Of a stretch of 64,000 bases of DNA, positions 32,978 to 42,342 are shown piece after piece. Source of the DNA: Chlamydiales bacterium (lineage in GTDB: Bacteria; Chlamydiota; Chlamydiia; Chlamydiales; JAAZZY01). Position numbers and translations under genes: made by a program. The notes under the pieces are model-generated. The model had not been told where the DNA came from and did not search any database. It worked only from the letters and a program-made list of their open reading frames with translations. Location: positions 192,001-256,000 of the forward strand of contig CBDBKM010000010.1 of NCBI GenBank assembly GCA_965206695.1. The letters run 5' to 3'. Every line of letters starts with the position of its first letter. The first letter of the stretch is position 1.

Positions 32978-33710
32978 AATCTTCACCAAGATAAGTGCGA
33001 CGTGCATGTGCATTATTGATAAGTTCTTCAACAGATCCTGAGAGTACAACTCGGCCATCTTGGATAAGATAACTTTTATCAACAATTGAGAAGATTTCAC
33101 GAGCATTATGGTCTGTTATTAAAATACTAATATTTTTTCGAGCTAAATGACGAATCATTTCTTTTACATCATGAATCGTTAAAGGATCAATGTTGGCAAA
33201 AGGTTCGTCTAATAATAAAAAAGAAGGCTTAGTAACGAGTGCTCTTGCGATCTCGAGCCGTCTTCTTTCTCCACCCGATAGTCCACCGGCTTTTTTCTTT
33301 ATGAGATGTTTTAGGCGTAGATCACCCAGTAATTCTTCTAGACGTTCTCTACGTTGTTTTTTTGTGGATTTGAATGTTTCAAGTATACACAGAATATTTT
33401 CTTCGACGGTTAGGTTTCTAAATACTGAAGGCTCTTGTGCAAGATAGCCCATACCCATATTTGCTCGTTTATACATAGGGATATTAGTTACATCTTTATT
33501 ATTGAAAAAAACTTTGCCTTCATCCGGTCGTATTAATCCGATAGTCATATAGAAAGCGGTTGTTTTTCCGGCACCATTTGGACCTAATAATCCAATAATC
33601 TCTCCTTCTTTCATTGAGAAAGAAAGTTCATTAACAACACGCCTTCCGCCGTAAGTTTTTACAAGTCCTTCTACGCAAAAAAAAATGCGAGAATTATTTT
33701 GATCCGTCAT
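32967..33710 (-). CDS. lptB: LPS export ABC ATPase
   Basis: GPNGAGKTT, LSGGERRRLEIARAL, LLDEPFA and ITDHN motifs. Confidence 0.95.
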   Translation of the reverse strand: MTDQNNSRIFFCVEGLVKTYGGRRVVNELSFSMKEGEIIGLLGPNGAGKTTAFYMTIGLIRPDEGKVFFNNKDVTNIPMYKRANMGMGYLAQEPSVFRNLTVEENILCILETFKSTKKQRRERLEELLGDLRLKHLIKKKAGGLSGGERRRLEIARALVTKPSFLLLDEPFANIDPLTIHDVKEMIRHLARKNISILITDHNAREIFSIVDKSYLIQDGRVVLSGSVEELINNAHARRTYLGEDFKM

Positions 33711-33711
33711 T

Positions 33712-34350
33712 TCAATCCTCTTGTATAAAAAAGTTTTTTTGAAATCTTACTAATTCATCTTCGTTAAAAATAAAATGGACTTTTCCTATTCCTTGTATAG
33801 ACTCTTGTTTGTTCAACTCATTGCGTTTGATAATAACTTTATCAGCGCTCATTTGAAAGTCTTGGATTTTATCAAAAAATAAAACTCGGTTACCTTCATC
33901 AGCATAAAGGATCATAATATTATCGTTCGGAAAGAATTCAATAGAATCGGCTAGAGCATATTGTAAAAGAGGGCGTGAATCCTCCGTATTAACATGACCA
34001 TTTTGAATGATACTGATATGTCCTTTTAATACAATTTTATTAGGGATAATTTGCCTAACATTCGTCGTATAATTGGCCTCTATAAAATCAGCTTTAATTT
34101 CTCCTATCCGATCTTGAAATAAGATTTGCTGATTCCGGTTATCAAGTAAGTTTTTATGGCGAGCCTCTAAAGTCAGCATACCTTTTTGATTATCGAGAGT
34201 GACAGGTCCAAAGCAGGTAAGAGTATGTTTCTCAGCTGTTTCTTCATCCAGATAAGAGAGGGATGTTTTTCCTTCGCAATAGAATTCGTTTAAGGAATCA
34301 GCAAATAGACTTGTTGTAAAAAGAAGGGTAATAAATATGATTAATCTCAT
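33712..34350 (-). CDS. Putative LptA-like periplasmic protein
   Basis: Signal peptide, beta-rich sequence, directly upstream of lptB. Confidence 0.5.
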   Translation of the reverse strand: MRLIIFITLLFTTSLFADSLNEFYCEGKTSLSYLDEETAEKHTLTCFGPVTLDNQKGMLTLEARHKNLLDNRNQQILFQDRIGEIKADFIEANYTTNVRQIIPNKIVLKGHISIIQNGHVNTEDSRPLLQYALADSIEFFPNDNIMILYADEGNRVLFFDKIQDFQMSADKVIIKRNELNKQESIQGIGKVHFIFNEDELVRFQKNFFIQED

Positions 34351-35057
34351 AATAGGCCTTTTTTGCTATAAAAAGAGGCATCTAGATTATACATTTTAAC
34401 AGATGGGGTTTCATGAAAAAATGTAAATTCAGCTGATTCGGCTGTTCCTTCCATGATGGTATTTTCCGGATTATAAGTTAAAGTAAGTTGATGCCCCGGC
34501 GTCTTATAAACATAAATAGTAACATCATTTGCTAAAAAAGTACGATTCTTAAAATGATAACTTGCTTGATTTGCAGTAAAATAGCGTACTTGTTGCATAG
34601 GAATAAGTTCTGAAATTTCATTTAGAGGAATTAATTCATTCGTATTTTCGAGCCCTCTAACAAAGTAACTGCCTGAACTATTTTCAATTACCTCTCTACC
34701 GTCTAGAAGCGTATAATAAAGCTTTTGCTGCATAAATCCGGTGACATTATACATGTTCTCTATAACGCATATGCTGTTATTTTCCTGAAATAGGGAAAGT
34801 TCTGATGTCTCGCTTTTTAACCAAAAACGCATTCGTTTATTATTATCCGTAAACCAAATATTTTTTGTGACATTTTGGCGTTTTTGAAGGCTTTCATTTT
34901 TTGGAGAAGTATTCAAATAGCGTTGAGGTTGGCTACTCTCCATAAGCTTATGATAGGATAGATAATCTTTTGGAGATATTCCGAATAGAAAAACAACAAC
35001 TAACATCAATGAAACAAGAAAAATGATGATGAATAGAAATATTTTTATTCGAAACAT
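34347..35057 (-). CDS. Putative LptC-like membrane-anchored protein
   Basis: N-terminal TM; lies between kdsA and lptA/lptB. Confidence 0.5.
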   Translation of the reverse strand: MFRIKIFLFIIIFLVSLMLVVVFLFGISPKDYLSYHKLMESSQPQRYLNTSPKNESLQKRQNVTKNIWFTDNNKRMRFWLKSETSELSLFQENNSICVIENMYNVTGFMQQKLYYTLLDGREVIENSSGSYFVRGLENTNELIPLNEISELIPMQQVRYFTANQASYHFKNRTFLANDVTIYVYKTPGHQLTLTYNPENTIMEGTAESAEFTFFHETPSVKMYNLDASFYSKKGLL

Positions 35058-35069
35058 GAATTCAATTGT

Positions 35070-35891
35070 TTAAAATTTTTTGACTGTTTTATAAATAGCA
35101 CAAAGTTGTTCCATTAATTGAGGTAATTGATCAAAAGGAAAAACACTTGCAGCATCGCTTTTAGCAGTTTCCGGTGAAGGATGAGATTCTATAAAAATAG
35201 CATTACAACCACTTGCTACCGCTGCCCTTGCTAACGTTGGTATAAACTCTCTATTGCCACCTGAAGAGGTATCTTGTCCACCGGGCCGTTGAACTGAGTG
35301 AGAAGCATCATAGCATACAGGATATCCTAATTTTTGCATGATAGGAATGGCTCGCATATCGCTAACTAGATTATTATAACCAAAAGTAGTTCCTCTATCC
35401 GTTAAAATAATATTCTTATTGTCAGAGCCAGTCATTTTCTCAACAACCGGGGCCATATCCCAAGGGGCCATAAATTGACCTTTTTTTATGCTCACAGGCT
35501 TCTTTGTGTTTGCCGCTGCTACAATGAGATCAGTTTGGCGGCATAAAAAAGCGGGTATTTGAATAATATCAAGAATTTCACCGGCAATACGTGCTTCTTC
35601 AGGAGAATGAACATCACTAATAACCGGAAGATTGAATTCTTGTTGCACTTGTGCCAGAATTTTTAAACCATTTTTAAGTCCCGGACCGCGAAAAGAATGA
35701 ATAGATGAACGATTCGCTTTGTCATAACTGGACTTGAAGATAAAATTGACATCAAATTTTTCAAAAATTTCTTTTAATTGTCCGGCAGCTTTCAAACACT
35801 GAGATTCACTCTCAATGACACAAGGACCTGACATAACAGCCAAGGGCTCATTTTCTCCGATCATAAATCCTTTGATTTTTATGATTTGCAT
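35070..35891 (-). CDS. kdsA: KDO-8-phosphate synthase
   Basis: GPCVIE, KSSYDKANRSS, QIPAFLCRQT and KKGQF motifs. Confidence 0.96.
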   Translation of the reverse strand: MQIIKIKGFMIGENEPLAVMSGPCVIESESQCLKAAGQLKEIFEKFDVNFIFKSSYDKANRSSIHSFRGPGLKNGLKILAQVQQEFNLPVISDVHSPEEARIAGEILDIIQIPAFLCRQTDLIVAAANTKKPVSIKKGQFMAPWDMAPVVEKMTGSDNKNIILTDRGTTFGYNNLVSDMRAIPIMQKLGYPVCYDASHSVQRPGGQDTSSGGNREFIPTLARAAVASGCNAIFIESHPSPETAKSDAASVFPFDQLPQLMEQLCAIYKTVKKF

Positions 35892-36169
35892 TCGATGCTC
35901 TTATTAAATTATCAATCTACAAGCATAGAATATTGGACCTTCTTTTTGCAATAGAAGGATTCAACTATTTGATGAAAAATATCTTGATCAAATTAAAGTT
36001 ACTATAATATAATGGCTTATGTTCAAATCACTATTAGCCTCCTAAATTTTATAGATAAATAAAGCTTACTATAATACCATGAAAACTGAAGGGGCAGTAC
36101 CTTATTACACATCTGGTATTGCATAGTGAAAATCACAATTTTGTATCATATTTCAACTGAGGGCGCACT

Positions 36170-36421
36170 ATGAAAGAATTTGTCGAATATATTGTTAAAA
36201 ATTTAGTAGATTATCCGGAAGATGTAAAAATCAATGAAATCGGGGGAACTCAAACACTGATTATCGAACTTTCGGTGCAAAAATCGGATATAGGCAAGAT
36301 CATTGGAAAAAAGGGTAAAACTATTAATGCAATTAGAACTTTGTTAATGTCAGTTGCCAGTCGTAATGGTATACGTGTTAGCTTAGAAATCTTGGAAGAA
36401 GGCGAAAAAACACCTCTTTAA
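36170..36421 (+). CDS. KH-domain RNA-binding protein (KhpA-like)
   Basis: DIGKIIGKKGKTINAIRT. Confidence 0.9.
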   Translation: MKEFVEYIVKNLVDYPEDVKINEIGGTQTLIIELSVQKSDIGKIIGKKGKTINAIRTLLMSVASRNGIRVSLEILEEGEKTPL

Positions 36422-36442
36422 TCGATTAATTTTTATTCAGAT

Positions 36443-36464
36443 AGGACTCGGTATTCCGGGTCTT
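36443..36464. terminator. Hairpin between convergent genes
   Basis: AGGACTCGG-TATT-CCGGGTCTT. Confidence 0.5.
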
Positions 36465-36500
36465 GTTTGGAGTCGTTCATATCTTCTTATTCAGAAGTCA

Positions 36501-39143
36501 TTATTTTACAAGTACAGGAAGATATGGGGTTATAACTGCTTTCCGTGAATTAATAGAGCCGGCATCAAATTTTAAAACAACCATTCGAACTCCCTTTAGT
36601 GCATTTGGAAACGCTTTCTGAGGTATATCTAAGAAATGATTTGTAAACAAAGCGGCGGATTCTTTGGAGTGGGTACCTAAGAACTCTACTTCTAAGTGAT
36701 TGTTTACTATTTCCGGTGCAGATTTAAAAGCATTTAGAAAACTTGTTAGATGATCTGAGGCTTGTCTATCTAAAGGGGTCCAAATCCACATCTCATCTTT
36801 ATGATAATATTTTCTAACATCATCATTATAGACTTCTTCAGCTCCCGGAATGGTGCTGATCATATGAATATGTAAATCAATTTCTCGATCCGAGCGAAAA
36901 GCTTCCTGTGCTCTTTTTAGCCATTGAGCAGATATTTTTCTTGCATTTTCACGGAATGTATTATAATTTTTAGCGAATAGTTTAGTTTGGGAGACTCTAC
37001 AGCAACCATTCTGTTCTTTAGTATCAGAAAAGACATCACTAGGTTTATCTTCAGCACACTCTTTAAGTGCCAATTCAATGTGTTTTTCTTTTAGCTTGTA
37101 GATTTTTCCATATAAAGAAAAAAGGTCTTCATTTTGCAACATATATCTTGCTGCTTTAGAAGCAAATTGATCATCTTTTGGAATGTCTTCCAGATGGATA
37201 ATCTCGGCGTCTTTTTTTAACATTAAGGATTTTAAACGATTTAAAAGAGAAGCGACACAATAGACATCCCGACCGGATACTTTTGATAAAAGGTCTGTAT
37301 CTTCTAAAATAGCATATAAAAATTGTAAATATTCAGCAAATTCCCGATCAGGATGGATGTAATGCGCGGTGGTGTTTTCTATGGCGATTTTTCGTTGAAA
37401 AAGTCGATGTTTACTACGCAATTCGTATTGAGCCAATGTATCTTTATTCAGTGATTTTAAATGCTGATCAATGGTTGCTTTTGCCATTCCACCGGAACTA
37501 TATTTGTCATTAATAATGAAACTCTGTTCAGCGACCAAAACATTACATGACTGAGCGTCCCCAATTAAAGCTTGTGGGGCTGAGGAAGTAGCTAAATGTG
37601 TTCGATGATGATCGACAACACTAATAATATCTAAATAAGAGGCTATTTTTACTTCTTCTCTATTACAAAAATCTCGCAGCGTGACAGTCCCCAAAGGAAG
37701 ATGTCGTAGATTCTTAGCATGGATAACTCCTAAGGGCCATAACCTTTTATTTTCATCTACTTGAATAACAGTCAAATGATTATGCGAACCCATTTTTTCT
37801 AAAATTTCTTCAATATCAGCATGGAGGGTTACAAATTTGGTAGGGTATTGAAGCACCCGTTCCTTAATAAGGAGTGCGATTTCCATCGTTTCGATAAAAC
37901 TTCGCATTCTTTGAATAGCAGCATCTAATGTTTTAACAATTTCATTGAAAGAATTAAAAATACGTGGCCTATTTTCAAATAAATGCCCACTTGAATCAAA
38001 GAGGCTGCCTTTTTTAAGAGATTTTTCTAAAACTCTTCGAAAATGAAGGAATTCGGTAAGAGATAAATGGGTCATTGCTTCGCAAAAATTCCCAAAGCTA
38101 CATTCCGATCCTTCTTTAATTTCCAGTACCTTCGAAAGGTAATCATGAAGTTGTTGTTTTTGAATTTCAGTGAATTCTTTATTTGGTTCACAATCTTTAA
38201 TTTTAAGATCGAATGTTGAATTAATAAAAGCCGGAATGGAGTCATACGTTAATTCTTTTTGAGCGAAAAGAGCAATCAGATTGGCGTGAAGATTATTTTC
38301 TATCCATCTAAGAATCGTATTCAGGCTAACTTGAACTTGTCGTACTCCTTCAACATCGGCACTTTTCCAATCTCCTAAATAACGACCTTGTTCGTCAATC
38401 ACTATAATAGCTTTTTGATAACGTTCATGATCCACACCGGTAATAGGGTCGTGAGGATGTTTTTTTATCAGTGATTTCTGACTGATAAAGTGCATGCTCG
38501 TTAAACTTAAAGATGTTCGAGATTGAGAGATATTAGAAAAAATATTTTGATTGAATAATTCATAAAAGGAATGAGCATTATGGGTGGTAGGAGCGCCCCC
38601 GGGAGGTAAATTCCAAATATGAAGGCCGTTTCCTAAACGCGCGGCAAAAGCGTCTACCCAACCCCAAAAAGAAGCGATGGTGGTATCTAGATCGGGTGAA
38701 TTATGTGCCGTTACAAAGTGTGTTCCTTTATGTACTTTCCCCATTCCAACAGGGAAAAAGACCTGGTAGTCTTCCCTTGGAATATGTTTTCCTACTATTT
38801 TTGATCGGATATTATAATTTTCTTCATTGTTTAAATTAGAATATTGATTCAACCAAAATTCAAAATTAATAAATGAGTAGTTTATTAGAATTCGATCTTT
38901 ATTAATTTTAGAAATGTAATCAATTATAGCAGGTAATAAAAATGATTCTGAGGGAGATTGCCGGATCAAAGTTAGTAGGATACGATTCACTTTTTCATTG
39001 CGTTGAGGTAGTGTAAGGGTTTTAAAACCTTTTAATCGAAAGTCAGAAAAGATGTTGTCGATATTTGGAAATTTTTGATGGTTGATGACATAATGACCTA
39101 AAAGGTCCGGTTCAGAAGATAAAGGATTTTGTTTGTTTTTCAT
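36501..39143 (-). CDS. Large DHH-family protein resembling family II (Mn-dependent) pyrophosphatase, with insertions
   Basis: AHNSPDLDT, VVDHH, AILEDT, DTKE and C-terminal SRK motifs. Confidence 0.7.
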   Translation of the reverse strand: MKNKQNPLSSEPDLLGHYVINHQKFPNIDNIFSDFRLKGFKTLTLPQRNEKVNRILLTLIRQSPSESFLLPAIIDYISKINKDRILINYSFINFEFWLNQYSNLNNEENYNIRSKIVGKHIPREDYQVFFPVGMGKVHKGTHFVTAHNSPDLDTTIASFWGWVDAFAARLGNGLHIWNLPPGGAPTTHNAHSFYELFNQNIFSNISQSRTSLSLTSMHFISQKSLIKKHPHDPITGVDHERYQKAIIVIDEQGRYLGDWKSADVEGVRQVQVSLNTILRWIENNLHANLIALFAQKELTYDSIPAFINSTFDLKIKDCEPNKEFTEIQKQQLHDYLSKVLEIKEGSECSFGNFCEAMTHLSLTEFLHFRRVLEKSLKKGSLFDSSGHLFENRPRIFNSFNEIVKTLDAAIQRMRSFIETMEIALLIKERVLQYPTKFVTLHADIEEILEKMGSHNHLTVIQVDENKRLWPLGVIHAKNLRHLPLGTVTLRDFCNREEVKIASYLDIISVVDHHRTHLATSSAPQALIGDAQSCNVLVAEQSFIINDKYSSGGMAKATIDQHLKSLNKDTLAQYELRSKHRLFQRKIAIENTTAHYIHPDREFAEYLQFLYAILEDTDLLSKVSGRDVYCVASLLNRLKSLMLKKDAEIIHLEDIPKDDQFASKAARYMLQNEDLFSLYGKIYKLKEKHIELALKECAEDKPSDVFSDTKEQNGCCRVSQTKLFAKNYNTFRENARKISAQWLKRAQEAFRSDREIDLHIHMISTIPGAEEVYNDDVRKYYHKDEMWIWTPLDRQASDHLTSFLNAFKSAPEIVNNHLEVEFLGTHSKESAALFTNHFLDIPQKAFPNALKGVRMVVLKFDAGSINSRKAVITPYLPVLVK

Positions 39144-39174
39144 CTATATCGGGTTATTTCAAAATATTAAAAAA

Positions 39175-39248
39175 CGGACTGAACAGGACTCGAACCTGCG
39201 ACCGTCCGCTTAGAAGGCGGATGCTCTATCCAGCTGAGCTATCAGTCC
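39175..39248 (-). tRNA. tRNA-Arg(TCT)
   Basis: Reverse complement GGACTGATAGCTCAGCTGGATAGAGC...TTCTAA...GTTCGAGTCC...CAGTCCG. Confidence 0.95.
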
Positions 39249-39379
39249 CTGAATTGATACATTCTAAATTCTTCATAGCAATTTTTTCAAGTTCTTTCTA
39301 AGAGCTATTTGATCAATATACCTTTTATAGCATGAAGAAAATAAATGTAAGAATTATGATACTTTTAAAATAAAATGGA

Positions 39380-39913
39380 GTGGTAATGATACAACAAGAG
39401 GTGTTTTTAGGTCTAGGTGGTAATCGTCAGAATACGTTAAATATTCTAAAACAAGCCATTCGAATGCTAGAGGAACTTCGAAATGTTTCGAATATCGATG
39501 TTTCCGGTTTTTATAAAACGACACCGGTTAATACGATTACTTCTTCTTCCTTCATAAATGCAGTATGTCGGGTAACAACCTCTTTGTCTTTAAAAGATGT
39601 TTGGTTGTGCTGTACATCTATAGAAAGAAAGTTAGGGAAAAGGCCAAAACCTAAAACCCATCCCAGGGTTATTGATATCGATATTCTTTTTTATGATAAT
39701 AAAAAGATTCTTCTAGAAGATCTTATTATTCCACACCCATGTTGGAAAGAGCGTTTATTTGTATTGGTCCCACTTCTTGATTTGATATCCGAAGTGACAG
39801 TATGCGATGCGTCCTCGAATATCGAGGTAATTGATCTTAAAAAATTAGTTCAAGATCACCCGAATTCGAATAATGAGGAAGTATTGTTTTATCCTACTTC
39901 CTTGAATCGATAA
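39380..39913 (+). CDS. folK: 6-hydroxymethyl-7,8-dihydropterin pyrophosphokinase
   Basis: LGLGGN, FINAV, PRVIDIDIL, IPHP and ERLFVLVPL motifs. Confidence 0.92.
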   Translation: MVMIQQEVFLGLGGNRQNTLNILKQAIRMLEELRNVSNIDVSGFYKTTPVNTITSSSFINAVCRVTTSLSLKDVWLCCTSIERKLGKRPKPKTHPRVIDIDILFYDNKKILLEDLIIPHPCWKERLFVLVPLLDLISEVTVCDASSNIEVIDLKKLVQDHPNSNNEEVLFYPTSLNR

Positions 39914-39924
39914 ACAGTCTTTAA

Positions 39925-40030
39925 TTTTTTTAAAATATAAAAGCGAGTGGTACGGGAGAAATATAGTAGAATTAGACTAATATTTTCCCGGTACACAAAA
40001 GTGTTCTGCATGCGGTCATAAATTAGGGGA
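39925..40030 (+). pseudogene. Short tnpB remnant
   Basis: Reads FLKYKSEWYGRNIVELD*YFPGTQKCSACGH, versus FLKYKCEWYGRNIVELDQFFASSKLCSACRY in the intact TnpB. Confidence 0.75.
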
Positions 40031-40146
40031 ACATACTCACCGACATAAGAACTTTTCCGTTAATGCCTTTCAGACTAAGATTCATTTTATCGTTTTCATC
40101 ACTAAAGACTCTTAGGTGCAGGCATTTATTTACAAGCCACACCGTA

Positions 40147-41067
40147 TTAGAACGCGCATAGAAAAACCTCTTCCATATCATTGGGCACATGGGCTCTTAA
40201 CTCTAAATATTGACCGGTGATGGGGTGATTAAAAGCTAATATTTCTGCATGAAGATATTGTCGTTTTGCCCCAAATTTTTGATTCATTGACGAGTTGCCA
40301 TAAACAAAATCTCCAAGTATAGGGGTATGATTATATTGCATATGAACTCGTATTTGATGTGTTCGCCCTGTTTTAGGTAGGAGCTTAACTTTGCTTAATC
40401 GGCCGTTGTATATTAAGTTTGAGATTTCTGTAACGGCAGATTTTCCTTTTTCCTCTAAAACGGTCATTTTTTTTCGATGCATAGGATGTCGTCCTATAGG
40501 AGTATCGATAATACCATTTTTTACGTGTCCCAGACAGATAGCAAGATATTCTTTATGCATTTTCCTTTCTGAAAAAAGTTGAACGAGTCGCATATGAGCC
40601 AAATTCGTTTTGGCTGCTAATATAATCCCTGAGGTATCTTTATCTAAACGATGCACAATACCGGGGCGTAGACATTCATCGGTTTCAGCAAGGGTTTGGC
40701 AATGAGCTAAAAGAGCATTTACAAATGTTTTCGACCAATTTCCCGGGGCCGGATGCACAACCATACCAACAGGTTTATTAACTGCTAATAAAAATTCATC
40801 TTCATAAATGATTTCAAGAGGAATGGCTTCAGGTTGTAGCTTTGTACTTTGTTCAAAGGGAGCAAATTTTATTTCAATTGTATCATTTAAATGAGGTTTG
40901 TAGCGTTTTTTTATGGGCTGACCATTTAATAACACAAAGCCTTTAGAAATCAGATTCTGAAAATAGGTTCTGGAAAAATCATGAAAACGCCTGGCTAATA
41001 ATTGATCCATACGGAGGACCGTCTCTTCTTGTAGGATAGAGATCTGAACTGGATGGGTTAAACTCAT
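40147..41067 (-). CDS. rluD: RluA/RluD-family pseudouridine synthase
   Basis: S4 domain, VHRLDKDTSG and TGRTHQIRVH motifs. Confidence 0.92.
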   Translation of the reverse strand: MSLTHPVQISILQEETVLRMDQLLARRFHDFSRTYFQNLISKGFVLLNGQPIKKRYKPHLNDTIEIKFAPFEQSTKLQPEAIPLEIIYEDEFLLAVNKPVGMVVHPAPGNWSKTFVNALLAHCQTLAETDECLRPGIVHRLDKDTSGIILAAKTNLAHMRLVQLFSERKMHKEYLAICLGHVKNGIIDTPIGRHPMHRKKMTVLEEKGKSAVTEISNLIYNGRLSKVKLLPKTGRTHQIRVHMQYNHTPILGDFVYGNSSMNQKFGAKRQYLHAEILAFNHPITGQYLELRAHVPNDMEEVFLCAF

Positions 41068-41284
41068 TTAAATTATATACGAGTATTACTATTATTTATC
41101 TTCTACGGCATATCATCATTTTATATAAAATGATGATATGGAAGGATAGCGAAAAAGGGATTTTTCGTTAAGCTTCTAAATACCGAAATGAGAAAAAAAA
41201 GAACATTCAGTTAAAAGTTATTTAATCTGAATGTTCTATATACATGTAATTTTAAAATCTTAAGTATTATCAGACTATTACAAG

Positions 41285-41470
41285 TTATTGTGATCCACCG
41301 TCTTGCTTAATATCGCCAATATGGCCCATAAGAGCTTTAATATTATTTAAAAGGTCTGCGATAACCTTTTTTATCATAGCAGCTTCTACAGCTTTATTAT
41401 TAGGGTGAACAGGAATGGTCGAGGCTGATAGTTTATCGGGGCCTTGATTTAGTATCATACTTGTGGACAT
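41285..41470 (-). CDS. Small hypothetical protein (61 aa)
   Basis: GGGAG RBS; TTTACT-17-TATAAT promoter at 41535-41507. Confidence 0.65.
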   Translation of the reverse strand: MSTSMILNQGPDKLSASTIPVHPNNKAVEAAMIKKVIADLLNNIKALMGHIGDIKQDGGSQ

Positions 41471-41611
41471 ATATGTCTCCCTAGATTATGTCTTATTATA
41501 AACAACATTATATCATTTTATTAATTAAAAGTAAAGTAATTAATCAACACCAAGAGATCTAATTAAATTAACGCTCTTGATATTGATTATGAATTTTTTA
41601 AGTGGGTTTTA

Positions 41612-41917
41612 TTAATTCCAAGCGGAATCAGGACCTTTACCTATCTTTCCCATAATAGCTTTAGTTGCCGTGTAGAAGTTCATAGTAAAAGCTTCGTAGA
41701 GTTTTTTTTCTGCTTTAGCATGCGATGCCGATGAGCCGCCGCCACTTTTGCCGTCTTCTTTCTTTTTCTTAAGATCCTTCTTAGCATCATCTTCCTGCTC
41801 TTTAGCCATATAAGCTTTGAAATTTGAGGTTGGGTTATTCCTTTCTGCTTCTTTAAAGAGATTCACCTGATCCTGTTGCTTATCAGCTTGAACAGTTGTA
41901 GTTGTTTGAGTAGCCAT
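41612..41917 (-). CDS. Small hypothetical protein (101 aa)
   Basis: AAGGAG RBS; TTGACT-17-TATAAT promoter at 41997-41969. Confidence 0.75.
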   Translation of the reverse strand: MATQTTTTVQADKQQDQVNLFKEAERNNPTSNFKAYMAKEQEDDAKKDLKKKKEDGKSGGGSSASHAKAEKKLYEAFTMNFYTATKAIMGKIGKGPDSAWN

Positions 41918-42107
41918 TATACACTCCTTTGTATTGGCGCTTGTTTATAGTAGCATCTTATATAAGCAATTATAGCAATTTTATAAGTAAAAGTCAATTA
42001 ATTATTTTAAACACATTAACTATATATTCATATTAAATAACTAAGAGTCAATAACTTGCTAAAAAGGCAATTATTTTTTAACTGATTGATAGTAAGCGAT
42101 TTAAAAT

Positions 42108-42329
42108 CTATTCTTTAAAAGCTGAATGATATTTGATTTTAAATCGATTAAGAGCATCAAGAAGCATCGTACGCATCATTGAATCCATTACTTCACGATA
42201 TCGTTTTTGAAAAGCGGCTTTTTTATTATCCGATTCAATTGTGAATTCAGAGGATAGCGATTGATTGGATTGGTTAGAAAAACAAGCGGAGGAAGATTGT
42301 ACAGGGGTTATAGAAGACATATTATACAT
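42108..42329 (-). CDS. Small hypothetical protein (73 aa) with Ser-rich N-terminus
   Basis: Directly downstream of parC; amphipathic C-terminal helix. Confidence 0.55.
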   Translation of the reverse strand: MYNMSSITPVQSSSACFSNQSNQSLSSEFTIESDNKKAAFQKRYREVMDSMMRTMLLDALNRFKIKYHSAFKE

Positions 42330-42342
42330 AAATGGTTTATTA

